From contig CAVSHR010000002.1 in assembly GCA_963727625.1 (NCBI GenBank), positions 192,001 through 256,000 on the forward strand: DNA of 64,000 nucleotides, read 5' to 3'. The notes beneath the pieces were generated by a model. That model did not search any database and was not told the origin of the DNA. It saw only the letters and a program-made list of their open reading frames with translations. Made by a program: the position numbers and the translations under genes. Positions 44,418-56,041 of this stretch are shown piece after piece (within the stretch, counting starts at the first letter, position 1; every line of letters begins with the position of its first letter). Source of the stretch: an uncultured delta proteobacterium. Its GTDB lineage: Bacteria > Desulfobacterota > Binatia > UBA9968.

Positions 44418-45221
44418 GTTAAATCGTCTATTCAAGACCTTCAATCCCGGGACCTCCAATGAGGTCAGAGCTCTTTGCGGGCTGGATCTTTCCATTGACG
44501 AAGGATCTTGGGTCGTCGTCATCGGCACCAACGGATCGGGTAAATCGACTTTGCTCAATGCGGTAGCGGGCACGGTCATGATCGACGCCGGAAGCATTCG
44601 TTTGGATGGTCGCGAGGTGACGCGCTGGCCGGAGCATCGCCGGGCGAAATTGATCGGCCGGGTTTTTCAAAATCCTTTCAGCGGTACCGCCGCTACCATG
44701 TCGATCGCGGAGAATTTTGCTCTGGCGACGCGCAGGGGGCAGTCCCGCGGCCTGGGTTGGGCCCTTCCCGCGCAACTGCGACGAAACTTAGGAGAACGGG
44801 TGGCACAGCTAAACCTCGGCCTTGAAGATCGACTGGATAACGTCATCGGTAGCCTGTCGGGAGGACAGCGCCAAGCCCTCACCTTGCTTATGGCGACCTG
44901 GCTTAAGCCACGATTGTTGCTCTTGGACGAGCACACCGCCGCGCTCGATCCCAAGAGCGCCGACCAGGTGATTCAACTGACCGAGGAGATCGTTTCGCGC
45001 GAGAAATTGACGACCCTCATGGTGACCCATTCCATGTTCCAGGCGGCCAACCTTGGCGACCGACTGATCATGGCGCATCGCGGCCAGATTATTTACGACT
45101 GCAGCGGAGCTGAGAAACGGCGCCTGCGCGCGGAGGATCTGATGGCCCGCTTCGAGGAGGTCAGGCGTAGCGACCGGCTAGATGAGAGCGCGGCGGAGAT
45201 GTTACAGAAAGCCTATATCAG
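44410..45221 (+). CDS. ABC transporter ATP-binding protein
   Basis: GTNGSGKST, VFQNP, LSGGQRQ, LLLDEHTAALDP and MVTH. The paralog at 55205 ends QQYV*, so this copy probably ends at KAYI (the called ORF reads through to 45345). Confidence 0.9.
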
Positions 45222-45423
45222 CCGCTCACGCGATCCTGGTTTTCTGTTGGCACTAAAGGCTGAGCGGGCCAACACTTGTGCTGTACGGCCACGCCGCAAA
45301 CGAGTGATCGCGCGGCACAATGTCGGCAACAATTTTTTAAGTTGAAAACAGAACGATAGAATCCGCCAAGGATGCAACGGAAGCACTGAACCGTGTAGGA
45401 AGCGGTGACTTACGAAAAATTTC

Positions 45424-47136
45424 ATGGCAAAACGGCCACCCAACCTAACCTACGGCGTGAAAGATAAACCGCCGCTGGGGACATCGATTCTCCTTGGCGT
45501 TCAGCATGTATTCGTCATTTCCGTCGGCTGGGTTTTCGTGATCGTCATTGTGACCGGAATGGGAGGAACGCCGGAACAGGCGGAGCAAGTCATCCAATTC
45601 TCGATGCTCGCTTCCGGAGTGGCAACGATATTACAAGCGCGGTCGAACAGCGCGCTCGGCTCCGGTTATCTATGCCCCATAAGCTGCGGGCCGGCCTACA
45701 TCAGTGCTTCGATTCTCGCCGGCAAGACTGGCGGCTTGCCGCTGATTTTCGGCATGACCGCGATCTCCGGCGTATTTGAGGCGCTGTTGTCGCGGATCAT
45801 GCAGCGCTTATGGGCTCTTTTTCCTCCAGAGGTCACTGGCCTGGTGGTCTCAATGGTGGGATTAGAACTGATCCATTTGGCCGTGCCGCGATTTGTCGGT
45901 TTCGATGCCTCTCATCCCAAAATGGATCCGCGTTCGATCATGGTTGCGCTCCTAACGCTCGCGGCGATGATTGGTCCTTCGGTGTGGAGCAAGGGAAACC
46001 TCAAGCTTTATCCGGTATTGTTGGGGATGGTGATCGGCTATCTAAGCGCGTACGCGGCCGGCCTGTTGGGTGAAACGCAGCTCCATAGAACCATGGCCGT
46101 TCCCCTTTTTAACCTGCCGCAGCGAATCGATCCCGGCTGGATGTTTAGCGCGGCACTGCTGCCCGCCTTTCTTATCGCTTCCTTGGCGTCGACGCTAAAG
46201 AGCGTCGGAGACCTGACGCTTTGTCAGAAAATCAACGACCTCGAATGGAAAAGAACGGAGATGAAGTCAGTCAGCGGTGGAATTCTCGCGGGTTCAATCG
46301 GCACGATGCTGGCCGGTATGCTGGGGGGCGCGGGACAGTCCACATTTTCAAGCAACGTGGGGCTTTCCATTGCAACCGGAGCCACCAGCCGTCATATCGC
46401 CACGCCTTGCGGCTTAATCCTGATTGTTCTGGCATTCTTCCCTAAGCTGGCGACCCTGTTTTCGATCATCCTGCGCCAGTAATGGGAGCGATTATGATTT
46501 ACGTGGCCTGTTTCATGATCGTCGGAGGGATTCAGGTCATTACCTCGCGCATGCTCGACGCGCGCCGAACCTTGTCGTGGGGATCGCCATGGTTTTTGGC
46601 CTCAGCGTCGAGATGGTACCCCAGCTGTACACTGATCTACCGGAAGTCCCATCGATATTGTTCGGCTCCGCCCTCTCGTTGGCGACCGTGATGGTTATTG
46701 TCCTCAATTTGTTGTTCCGCATCGGCGTCAAGACCCACGTTGAACTCCTGTTGGCTCCCCAGGACGTCGCAAGCGAGAAAATCTTTGCTTTCATGGAGAT
46801 CCAAGGCGGGACCTGGGGCGCACGAAAGGAAGTCATAAGCCGCGCCACATCTGCCATGAACGAATTTATCGAAGGGGTGCGCGCACTGGAACTGGCCAGG
46901 GGAGATATCAAAGTCGCCGCGTCCTTCGACGAGCTTAACTTGGACATAGACTTTCGTTACCGCGGTACGCTTATGGAATTTCCTCTGAAACGGCCTTCTG
47001 AGGATGAGCTGTTGGTAGACGAAAAATCGGTGGCCGGTCTTGCCGGCTTTCTCATTCGCCAGTACGCTAACAGGATAAAGACGGAAACCGTTAACGGGGA
47101 TTGCCGCTAAACTCCGCCTCTCATTTCGACCATTGA
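45424..47136 (+). CDS. NCS2 (xanthine/uracil permease) family transporter with a C-terminal soluble extension (frameshifted)
   Basis: LLGVQHV (TM1 QH), SGVATILQ, FPPEVTG and signature STFSSNVG...TGATSR, followed by a soluble tail of about 130 aa. Confidence 0.85.
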
Positions 47137-47192
47137 GAAGTCATGGCCCGCCTTTTCTGCGCGCGCAAGGGTTTGAACGGAAGTCACCGCCG

Positions 47193-49622
47193 ATGGCAAG
47201 AATTCAAACTTTTAAGACCAAGATCCTGCTCCTGGTTCTGGTCGTTCTTCTCGCGGCAGCTGTCTTCCTGATTGTCCTTTCCAAGCGGCAGATCGAAAGC
47301 GGGCTTTATCGCGTTGAGCTACAAGCTGCCAGAGACGTGCTCTATCTTGTCTCGCAGACTATCGAGAATCAGTATCAAGACCTGATGGACCACAATCGCA
47401 GAGTCCTCGATTTGCGCAAAGAGGGCATGAAGAATCTCTCTGCACTGGTCGTCTGGACCATCGACCGCTTTTATGATCTTTCCAGGAAGGGATTATTGTC
47501 TGAAGATGAGGCCAAACGGCAAGCCCTTGAGCAGGTGAAAGCCTTTCGCTATGGGCACGACGATTATTTCTTCGTATACGACAAGGATTACACAGCCATC
47601 TCCCACCCCGACCCGCTCTTCATGGGCAAGAATCTTAAGGACTACAGAGATGCCAAAGGTCTGCTTGTCGTCCAGGAGCTGATGAAAGCCTCACGAGAAC
47701 CGGCAGGCGGCTTTGTTCCTTATTGGTGGAAAAGGTTAAACGAAGGGAAGCCCGTCAGAAAGGTGGGATATGCTGTCTTTTATCCCAAGTGGAAATGGAT
47801 GATCGGCACGGGGCTCTATATCGATGACCTCGACGAGGAATATCGAAGAAAACTCGACGCGATTGTGACGCAATTAAAAACTACTTTTTCGAAGATCAGA
47901 ACCGAAAAGGGCGCCTCGCTCTTTTTGTTTGACGGACAGGGGAAGTTGGTCATTCCTCCCGCCGGTTGGGGCGATGAGAGGCCGCGTTTAGAGGAATTGA
48001 TGAGCGCTGCCGGAACCCCCGACCGGCCCTTCCGCTATCTCGTGCAGCCCACGGGACCAAGCGCAAAAAAGGCCTGGAGGCAATCCTACGTCGTTCATTT
48101 TCAGCCGCTGGATTGGTACATCGTCGGCACCTTCGATGAGACTGAACTGGAGAAACCCGGCAAAGCTCTGATGCAAAGGGCCGTGGCTTTCACGCTGGTC
48201 GCCGCAGTGCTGGCCCTTGCGCTGGCCTACATCATCGCCGCGAAAGTCACGCGTCCCCTCAGCCAGCTCGCCGGATACGCCAAGAGCCTGCCGTCGCGGG
48301 AATTCCGGCCGGAACCCGACTCAGCCGTGCAGTCACTTTCCATCCGGGGCGACGAAGTCGGGAGGTTGGCGGAGGCGTTTTTATACATGCAGAAAATGCT
48401 TCAGAGTTATCTCGGCCACCTCGAAGAGACCACGGCAGCGAAAGAGCACATCGAGAGCGAGTTGAACATTGCCCACGATATCCAGATGAGCATGGTTCCC
48501 AAGACATTTCCGCCATTTCCCGACCGCAAAGAATTTGACATCTACGCAACGCTCATACCCGCGCGGGAGGTAGGCGGCGACTTCTACGATTTTTTCTTTA
48601 TCGAGGATCAGCGGCTCTGTTTCGCCATCGGAGATGTCTCCGGCAAGGGCGTGCCAGCGTCTCTTTTTATGGCGCTCACCAAGACTCTGTTCAGGGCCAC
48701 GGGAGGCCGCCAGAACGCCACGGCTGAGTTAATACTATCGCGGCTTAACGGAGAGATCTGCCGTGATAACGAGTCGTGTATGTTTGTAACGGTTTTCTGC
48801 GGCATCCTGGACGTCCGGACTGGCAAGTTGGAGTACGGCAATGCGGGCCATAACTTTCCCCTACGTTCTATCCAATGGAGTTGTAACTGCGCTGCCCAAG
48901 ACAGGGGGCATGGCCTTAGGAGTGACGGAATCGGTGGACTATCATGCTGGCGAGCTCCTGCTCAAGCCGGGGGACCAGTTGGTTTTGTATACGGACGGTA
49001 TAACCGAAGCGATGGACACGGAAAACCGGCTCTTTTCGGAAGACCGTTTGGAGAATACGCTGGAAAAAATCAACGGAGAAACAAGCAAAGGAGTGATTGA
49101 AACGGTTGTTAACGCGGTGCAGCGCTTCTCGGCTGGCGCTCCCCAATCAGACGATATTACGATGTTGGTTCTAAGGTTCATCGGGACCCATAAAGCTCAT
49201 GAAACAATTCTATCCGTCGGTTTGAAGAACGACCTCTCCGAACTCCAACGGTTAAATCAAATCGTGACCGAATTTGCCGAGCGCCATGCCATGGCTTCGG
49301 AGTTGGTGTTTCGGGTCAACCTCGTGTTAGAGGAAGTCATCGCCAACGTGATTTTTTACGGTTATGAGGGCAGTTCGGTGCATGACATCGCCGTGCGTCT
49401 CTGCTCGGACAATGCCTCATGTAGGGCTCGAGATCGAAGATGACGGGGTCCCTTTCAACCCCCTGGACGCTCCGTTGCCGGAAATAGACAAGGACCGCTC
49501 GCTAGAAAAAAGCGGCGCGAGTGGGAATTTACCTCGCGCGGGAAATGATGGACCAGATAGAATACCGACGCGTTAACGACAAAAATGTCTTGATTCTCAA
49601 GACTAAAGTTCGGGAGACATGA
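47193..49622 (+). CDS. Cache-HAMP-SpoIIE(PP2C)-RsbW-like HATPase sensor (frameshifts at about 48855, 49420, 49510)
   Basis: TM, Cache (YFFVYD..HP...DAKG...W.WMIGTG), TM, HAMP (RPLSQL..DEVGRLA), PP2C ([33 protein letters not shown]) and kinase (LVLEEVIANV, EDDG.PFNP). Confidence 0.85.
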
Positions 49623-49625
49623 CCC

Positions 49626-49965
49626 ATGGAAATCACCGACGAACACAACGCTGAGGTGTTAAAGCATTCTATTGTTGGAAAATTCGGACGCTTCCACAGC
49701 GAAGGCTCTGGAGGATAAGCGTTTACCTCTACACGTAGCGGGCCAAGGCAATCTGCTCGTTAACTTGTCACAGCTCGATTACATGAGCAGCGCCGGATTG
49801 CGCGTATTTCATTGCGCCGCGAAACGCATCAATGAGGCAAACGGGAAATTTATTCTTTGCTCACTTCAGGCTGCGGTCAAACAGCTGTTCGATATCGCGG
49901 ACTCTTCTTGCTTACTCACCCGTACGACGTCGACCGAAGAGGCGATCAAGAATTTATTGAATTGA
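49626..49965 (+). CDS. STAS anti-anti-sigma factor (RsbV/SpoIIAA-like)
   Basis: LLVNLSQLDYMSSAGLRVF...LCSLQAAVKQLFDI; frameshift near the 5' end. Confidence 0.8.
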
Positions 49966-50084
49966 GGAGTCAGTCCAGCAGGATGAACCGAGCCCGCAAG
50001 TTAGTTCCAGCGTCGGCTTCGACCGTTGATCAATGAAATGAATCTGCGGCGTCAGCCAACACCGCAAACAATCTTGAGGCATAA

Positions 50085-51417
50085 ATGGAAATTAGACACG
50101 AAATAAACCAGCAATTTCTGATCCTGCGTCTACAAGGAAGGCTGGACGCCTTCGGTTGCCAAAGAGCTCGACGCAGCATTGGAAGCAAAGAATCGCGATG
50201 ATCTCTTATGCGCTGTGATCGACATGGCTGGCGTAGACTACCTGAGCAGCGCCGGCCTGCGTGTTTTCCTTAAAGCGCAAAAAATATTCAACCAGCGTGG
50301 CGGCGCGGTCATCCTCACCTCTGTGCAGCCTTATTGCGCCTCAGTTCTTGAAATTTCCGGGTTTGCCCAAGCGTTGTCGGTTTTTCCGACCCTGGAGGAA
50401 GGCGTGGCATGCTCCGGCCGTCTGCTCAGAGACAGCTTATCCAAGCAAATGTGGCAGTCGGCGGAATCCGTTAATACCAGTTGCGGGAATTTCCGCATCG
50501 TCACTGCAACGGGCGGACAAGGCGCCATCGAGGTGTTAGGGGATATTGGGTCCGTATTGCATGCTCGGATCACGCCCGCCGATTTGTCTTCGAAGCGCTT
50601 CTTCCAAACCGAATACTCGATCGGGCTCGGCGGCCTCGGTGATCGGATCGATGACTATTTCAGTATTATGGGAGAAATGATCACAATCGGCGGGACCATG
50701 GTCTGGCTCCCCACGGACGGCCACGACACAGCGGACTTCCTGATTCCCAAAGTAGACACGGACGAAGTCACTCTAAAAACCGCTTTCAACGTTTCCATCA
50801 CCGGAGGCTTCGACGAATGGATGCTGTTCAAGAGCCATGACGACAAAGACACCACGGTCGATGGCCTTTACAAAGCGCTCTTTAAATCTCCGATGCAAGG
50901 CGCGGCTTGACCACAAAGGGATTCTTGGCCTCGCCGTGCGAGCGCAAATGTCTTCGGTCTTTGGTTCGGGAGTCGAAGGAGCGGAGGTTGACCGGTTCCA
51001 CCCTGCCGATGGGGAAATGATCACTGGCCCAATCATTTCCAAAATTGGTTTGATGCCGACACTGTGCCTCGGCACACGGACACGACGGTGCAGTTTTGTG
51101 GTATCGGCGCAGATTTAAAAACAGACTTATCCTCGTACGATCAGCGGCTGCTCAATTCGGTATTTTATCTCCATCCATCCAATCGGGGTAAACAGGACAT
51201 AATGCTCCACAATCATGCAGTTATATTTCAGCGAGCTGCCGATTTCGAGCGAGCCGGCTTCGCTCGAGACCGAGATCAGCAGTGTCGTGGAAGACAAGGG
51301 AGTTGCGACATGCGCCATCTGCTGGATCGCTCGACCCTCACCCAGGCGGTCATCGGCATCAGTTATATTCAAAATTTTCGTAAGGATCCGAACGGTGAGC
51401 GGACATCGTCACGGTAA
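50085..51417 (+). CDS. STAS domain fused to an uncharacterised HxH..H domain, copy 2 (divergent, frameshifted)
   Basis: GRLDAFG, VDYLSSAGLRVFL, SIGLGGLG..MGEMITIGGTMVWLPTDG, LHNHAVIF and MRHLLD. Confidence 0.75.
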
Positions 51418-51460
51418 AATCCCATTGTCGATCATTACGGCTCTGATCTCTCATAGCTGG

Positions 51461-51530
51461 CGTTCCAATCGTTTCAATGGTTCCATAAGTTTGAACATTT
51501 GGAACTGAAACCACTGGAACACTTGGAACC
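51461..51530. repeat. Short GTTCCAA/TTGGAAC iterated palindromic repeat
   Basis: cgttccaat cgtttcaat ggttccata agtttgaac atttggaac tgaaac cactggaac acttggaacc. Confidence 0.55.
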
Positions 51531-51546
51531 TACTGACGGAGATCCG

Positions 51547-51910
51547 GGGTCAGAGAAGACGGATTCCTGTCCTGGAGCTGATTGCCGAGGTTCCTTAATA
51601 GCTAAACAATAAGCTCAAAAAGGTTCGTGATAGATAACAGGAGGGATTTTTCATCTGGATCGAGTTGATTTTCTCTCGCTAGATAGGTCTTGCGAATTTT
51701 ATCCATCAGGCTACCGTCGGTCCGACGTGATCTTTACGAGGGTGTCCACACCGCCTTTGTTCTGAGTTTCCGTTGCATCCACCGCCGTTAAAAAATGGCA
51801 TCGAGACCTTCGATGAAATGCAAAAAAAGCTCTTTCAAATTATCCGAGCAATTTGAGCCGTTCATTGAACCCGCGAGCCTATAGACAGTATCTTCAATCG
51901 CGTTCTGGTC
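51547..51910 (-). pseudogene. Probable C-terminal fragment of a Na/Pi-cotransporter-family gene
   Basis: Helical segment ..FIEGLDAIF/LTAVDA..ITSDR..MDKIRKTYL..EKSLLLSITNLFE; cut at the IS1380 junction. Confidence 0.5.
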
Positions 51911-52591
51911 CTGCGAACGGAGGGTGGTGGGCAAGGCCGAGTACTTGGCCAAAGGCGAAAATCCCCGCTTTATCGTCGCCTCGATTAAAACGAACAAATC
52001 GATGCCCGCGCTCTTTACGAAGATTTCTATTTTGCCCGTGGCGAGATGGAAAATCGGATCAAAGAACAACAACCGGATTTGTTTGCCGATCGGACCTCAA
52101 CCTCGTGGATGAGGTCCAACCAACTGCGGCTTTACTTCTCCTCGTTCGCTTATATCTTGGTGCATGGGCTATGTCTGTTAGGGCTAGAAGGAACCGAGTT
52201 GGCTAAAGCTCAATGCGATACGATTCGGCTTAAGTTGTTTAAAATCGGTGCGCAGATCCGAGTCAGTGTTCGCAAGGTGTGGATCTCGTTTAGCCTATCC
52301 GCATCTCGACCTGTTTCAACAGGTGCTTTTACGGCTCCAACAAATCCCTTTACGTTGTTACCCCAGCCGATCCGGATTGAAGCTAGATTTGACGGGGCCG
52401 CAAGCGGGCCAATGGAGAAATCTTGCCAGAGAGCCAAAACGTGCCGGCACCAACGGGCCGTGTGGCCGCTACAAGACTTCACTGTGCCACGATTTTTTGA
52501 TGGGCCGACATCCCTCGCCTTTGATCTATCCCCAACCCTCGCTTCCCTAAACTCAATTCCCCCACGCTATCCATCTTGTGAAAAATCCAGG
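51911..52591 (+). mobile_element. IS1380-family transposase 3' fragment with right end
   Basis: RRVVGKAE..GENPRFIV, RGEMENRIKEQQ.DLFADRTS and NQLRL; end sequence GTGAAAAATCCAGG. Confidence 0.85.
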
Positions 52592-52594
52592 CTA

Positions 52595-52717
52595 ATGATC
52601 CCGCCCTTGCGGTTCCTTCACGATTACTCGTGGTTTGTGGGGTTCGCGACCGGGGGAGGAGCTTGCCTCGGACTCATGTGGTGTCTGCCCGTGCCTTCGG
52701 AGATGCCGGAAGTGTAG
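52595..52717 (+). pseudogene. C-terminal remnant of an NCS1 nucleobase:cation symporter
   Basis: IPPLRFLHDYSWFVGF resembles the NCS1 C-terminal LYDYAWFVGF pattern; begins right at the IS1380 end. Confidence 0.55.
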
Positions 52718-53038
52718 AGTGAAGCGGGCGGCGCGTAGCCAGGCTACGACGACTGGCATCAGGCATTGCGCAAGTCGCACAGAGTTGCTTTTGCACGCTG
52801 CGACTCTTGACCTCAATAAAGTAACATTTAACATTTAAAAAGTAGGCAGTGCATCTTGCGGCAAGGCGTAGCATACACGGCTTACCGGCAACCGAGGCCG
52901 CTGTCGAATCCCTATTCATCCGGCGGTATGATGGAATGCTGTCTAACGGCATGGAGTAATTGATTGCGCAAATTGGATCGACGCTATCCATAGATAGCGT
53001 TTCCGCAGAGTGATTACTTTTCTCTTGCCAATAGGTCA

Positions 53039-54256
53039 ATGGACGTACTTCATAAATCGGTCGACGGTCATGAACAGATCCGCCTGCGAGGGCGTTTGGA
53101 CGGAAATTGGGCTGACTTTCTCTCGGATCGGCTCGAGGAGATAACCCGTGTCGGAGGAACCGATTTTCGGCTCGACATGGCTGAGGTCGAATATCTGAGT
53201 TCGGCCAGCATTCGGGTTCTGCTCATCCACTACCAGCGGCTTGCTTCGCGCAACGGCCGGCTCACGATCAGCAAGGCGTCGAACCCCGTGCGCAATGTAC
53301 TTCGGGCAGTCGGACTGGAGGAGCTGCTAAGCCTGCGGGAAACTCGGGCTGCGCCTGTAAAGTCGCAGGATTTGGTTCACAAGGACGCGATCTTTAGTGT
53401 TGTCGCCTGCTCCCACGGCCAAGGGATGTTAGGCGAGATCCACGGTGATTTCACGGCATTTGGCAACGGTCCCATTAATATAAACCAGTGCCGACCCGTG
53501 CCCTACCCAAAAGGAACCTTTGGGCTAGGCTTAGGCGGACTGGGAGCGAGCTTCAACGACGCCAGAGAGCGGCTGGGGGAATTCATCGCGGTCTCCGGCA
53601 CTGCAGTTGTAATGCCGACGGACGGTAGCAGGGTTGCCGACTATTCGGCTGCCGCAGGCGATTTGGTCCCCACGGTCATCAGCCCTTACGCACTGAAGGC
53701 CACCGGCGAATTTTCGCACACCGTGCGTTTCCAGAGCCAAACGGCAGGCGATACTGTTGCGTTGCCTCGGATCGCCGAGGCCATGACGCTGTTGGCTGGT
53801 TCCGAAACAGTGGCCATGGTCATGATCGCCGTGTCCGCAGGCCTGGTGGGCGCGTCACTGAGGGTCTCGCCGGCCGGGGCGGGATACTCCGGTGCTGCGT
53901 TCGATGTTTCCAGCGTTCGACGGCTCTTGCGTGTCACCACAGAGCCGGTCCATCGGGACGGCTTGGCCTTAGTCGTCGGCATCGCCACGCTAAACGCCAG
54001 TCCGGGAGTTGCGCCGATGATCCGCCCTCTGGCGGGCACCGCCGGCCTCGGTGGACATTTTCATGCGGCCTGCCTGAGCTATCACCCATTACCCGGGGAC
54101 GACACGGAGCTCGCAGAGGCCTTACGGCAATTGTTGGCAGTCACCCGCATTTCCGATGTCCTTCATTTGCTGGACGATGTTCGGCCGGGCCAAGGTTTGG
54201 GAAGCAGCCGGTTCGAGCACGGTGTGTGCTGGGTGGCGCCGCTGCACATTGCATAA
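53039..54256 (+). CDS. STAS domain fused to an uncharacterised HxH..H domain, copy 3 (intact, 405 aa)
   Basis: GRLDGNW, VEYLSSASIRVLL, FGLGLGGLG..LGEFIAVSGTAVVMPTDG, GHFHAACLSY and VLHLLDD. Confidence 0.85.
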   Translation: MDVLHKSVDGHEQIRLRGRLDGNWADFLSDRLEEITRVGGTDFRLDMAEVEYLSSASIRVLLIHYQRLASRNGRLTISKASNPVRNVLRAVGLEELLSLRETRAAPVKSQDLVHKDAIFSVVACSHGQGMLGEIHGDFTAFGNGPININQCRPVPYPKGTFGLGLGGLGASFNDARERLGEFIAVSGTAVVMPTDGSRVADYSAAAGDLVPTVISPYALKATGEFSHTVRFQSQTAGDTVALPRIAEAMTLLAGSETVAMVMIAVSAGLVGASLRVSPAGAGYSGAAFDVSSVRRLLRVTTEPVHRDGLALVVGIATLNASPGVAPMIRPLAGTAGLGGHFHAACLSYHPLPGDDTELAEALRQLLAVTRISDVLHLLDDVRPGQGLGSSRFEHGVCWVAPLHIA

Positions 54257-54270
54257 GCGCGGGGACAACC

Positions 54271-55200
54271 TTGGGGCTGATTCTCAATTCTCTGACCATT
54301 GGTCTGATCCTGTCCTTCGTGGCGCTCAGCATCTATCTGACTTATGGCAACTTCCACTTCCCCGACCTGACCACCGACGGCGCCTTCACCCTGGGCGCAG
54401 CTTGTTCCGCCAAGCTGATGATCGCTGGCGTCGACCCTGTCAGCGCGACCTTGGCGGGCGCTCTTGCCGGCGCCGCGGGTGGTGCCTTGACCGGTATCCT
54501 TCACGTCGCCTTACGCTTTCCGCCCACACTCGCCGGTATACTGGTCATGACGGCGTTGTATTCGATCAACCTGCGGATCATGGGCCAAAGCAACTTGTCG
54601 CTCTATAACGTGACGACGCTCTACGATCTTGTATCTTGGGGCTTGTCCGGATTCATTGTGAACGAGCGATTGGACCTCTTCGGCCTGTCGCTACCGATCG
54701 ATGCCCTGGCGGAGCTGATTGTCACCACAGGGCTCGTGATACTGGGTGTTCTGTGCCTTCGCTTGCTGTTGTCGACCCGGGCCGGGACCATGATCCGTGC
54801 CGCCGGCGAAAACCCGCAAATGGTCCATTCGCTGGGCGTTAGCAGTCGCTCGATGCTGGCCCTTGCCGTGACGTTGGGCAACGCCCTGACGGGCTTGGCG
54901 GGCAGTTTGCTGGTTCAATATCAGGGCTTTGCCGATATCCAGATCGGAATCGGCATGGTCGTCTCGGGATTCGCCAGCGTGTTCATCGGAAGACTGCTCA
55001 TCGCCAACCGGGGACTTTCGGCAACCCTGTCCACCGTTGTCGTGGGTGCGGTGCTGTTCCGGCTGGCACTGGCCGCGGTGCTTTGGCTCGGCGTACCGTC
55101 GGAGGACCTAAAGGTTGTGATGGTGGCGCTCGTGGTCGCCGTGCTTGTCATCAGCGACGCGAGCCAGCGCCGGTCTCGGGCCGTGAAGAGAAGGCCCTGA
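54271..55200 (+). CDS. ABC transporter permease
   Basis: FHFPDLTTDGAF, LAGILVMTALYSINLRIMG and QYQGFADIQIGIGM; paralog of 43468. Confidence 0.9.
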   Translation: MGLILNSLTIGLILSFVALSIYLTYGNFHFPDLTTDGAFTLGAACSAKLMIAGVDPVSATLAGALAGAAGGALTGILHVALRFPPTLAGILVMTALYSINLRIMGQSNLSLYNVTTLYDLVSWGLSGFIVNERLDLFGLSLPIDALAELIVTTGLVILGVLCLRLLLSTRAGTMIRAAGENPQMVHSLGVSSRSMLALAVTLGNALTGLAGSLLVQYQGFADIQIGIGMVVSGFASVFIGRLLIANRGLSATLSTVVVGAVLFRLALAAVLWLGVPSEDLKVVMVALVVAVLVISDASQRRSRAVKRRP

Positions 55201-55204
55201 TCCA

Positions 55205-56027
55205 ATGGCTCACTTGGAGCTAAAATCTGTGAACCTGGTGTACAATGCCGGCAGCGCGCATGAAATTCGGGCCCTGCAAGATATCAACCTCAGCGTGGAG
55301 CAGGGCGAGTCCGTCATCATCGTTGGAAGCAACGGCTCGGGTAAATCCTCCTTGATGGACGTGCTGTCGGGGACCGTTTCCTCTACCGCCGGCACGATCC
55401 ATCTGAAAGGACACGATATCACCCGATGGTCGGAACAACGCCGAGCAGCGCTCATCGGCCGGGTTTTCCAGAGTCCTTTCGCCGGCACAGCGCCCGGTCT
55501 GACGGTCATGGAAAACCTGGCGCTCGCAGCAAATCGGGGGCGATTCCCCGGTATGGCCCGATTGCTGACCAATGATATTCGCACCCAGGTCCCAGAGCGG
55601 CTCGCTCGGTTGCAAATGGGATTGGAGGAACGGCCGGAGGTGCCGGTCGGCAACCTGTCCGGCGGCCAGCGGCAAGGAGTCACGCTGCTCATGGCCACTT
55701 GGCGGCAACTGGAGCTGCTGCTGTTGGACGAGCACACCGCGGCCCTGGATCCGCACGCGGCGGAGCGCGTGCTTCGCCTCAGTGATGAGATCGTCCGCGA
55801 CGGACACCTAACCACGCTGATGGTCAACCCGCATCCATGTACCTAGGCCGTCAACCTAGGCGAAAGGCTACTACTTCTACATCGTGGGGTGATCGAGTTG
55901 GACCTTTCCAGATCCGAAAAGCAACGCCTGCGGGCCGACGAGCTGTATGCCTTCTTGGGCTAGCTCCGCCGGCGCGATCAAGATCGACGAAACAGTGGTC
56001 CAGATGATTGCACAGCAGTATGTCTAG
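55205..56027 (+). CDS. ABC transporter ATP-binding protein (frameshift near 55825)
   Basis: GSNGSGKSS, LSGGQRQ and LLLDEHTAALDP; paralog of 44410. Confidence 0.88.
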
Positions 56028-56041
56028 CCGATCCGAGACGC

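Noticed and set aside
38279-51417. Programmed frameshifting or phase variation in the signalling island
   Set aside because: Indels are scattered over nearly all genes, including transposases, with no consistent slippery motif; sequencing error is the simpler explanation.
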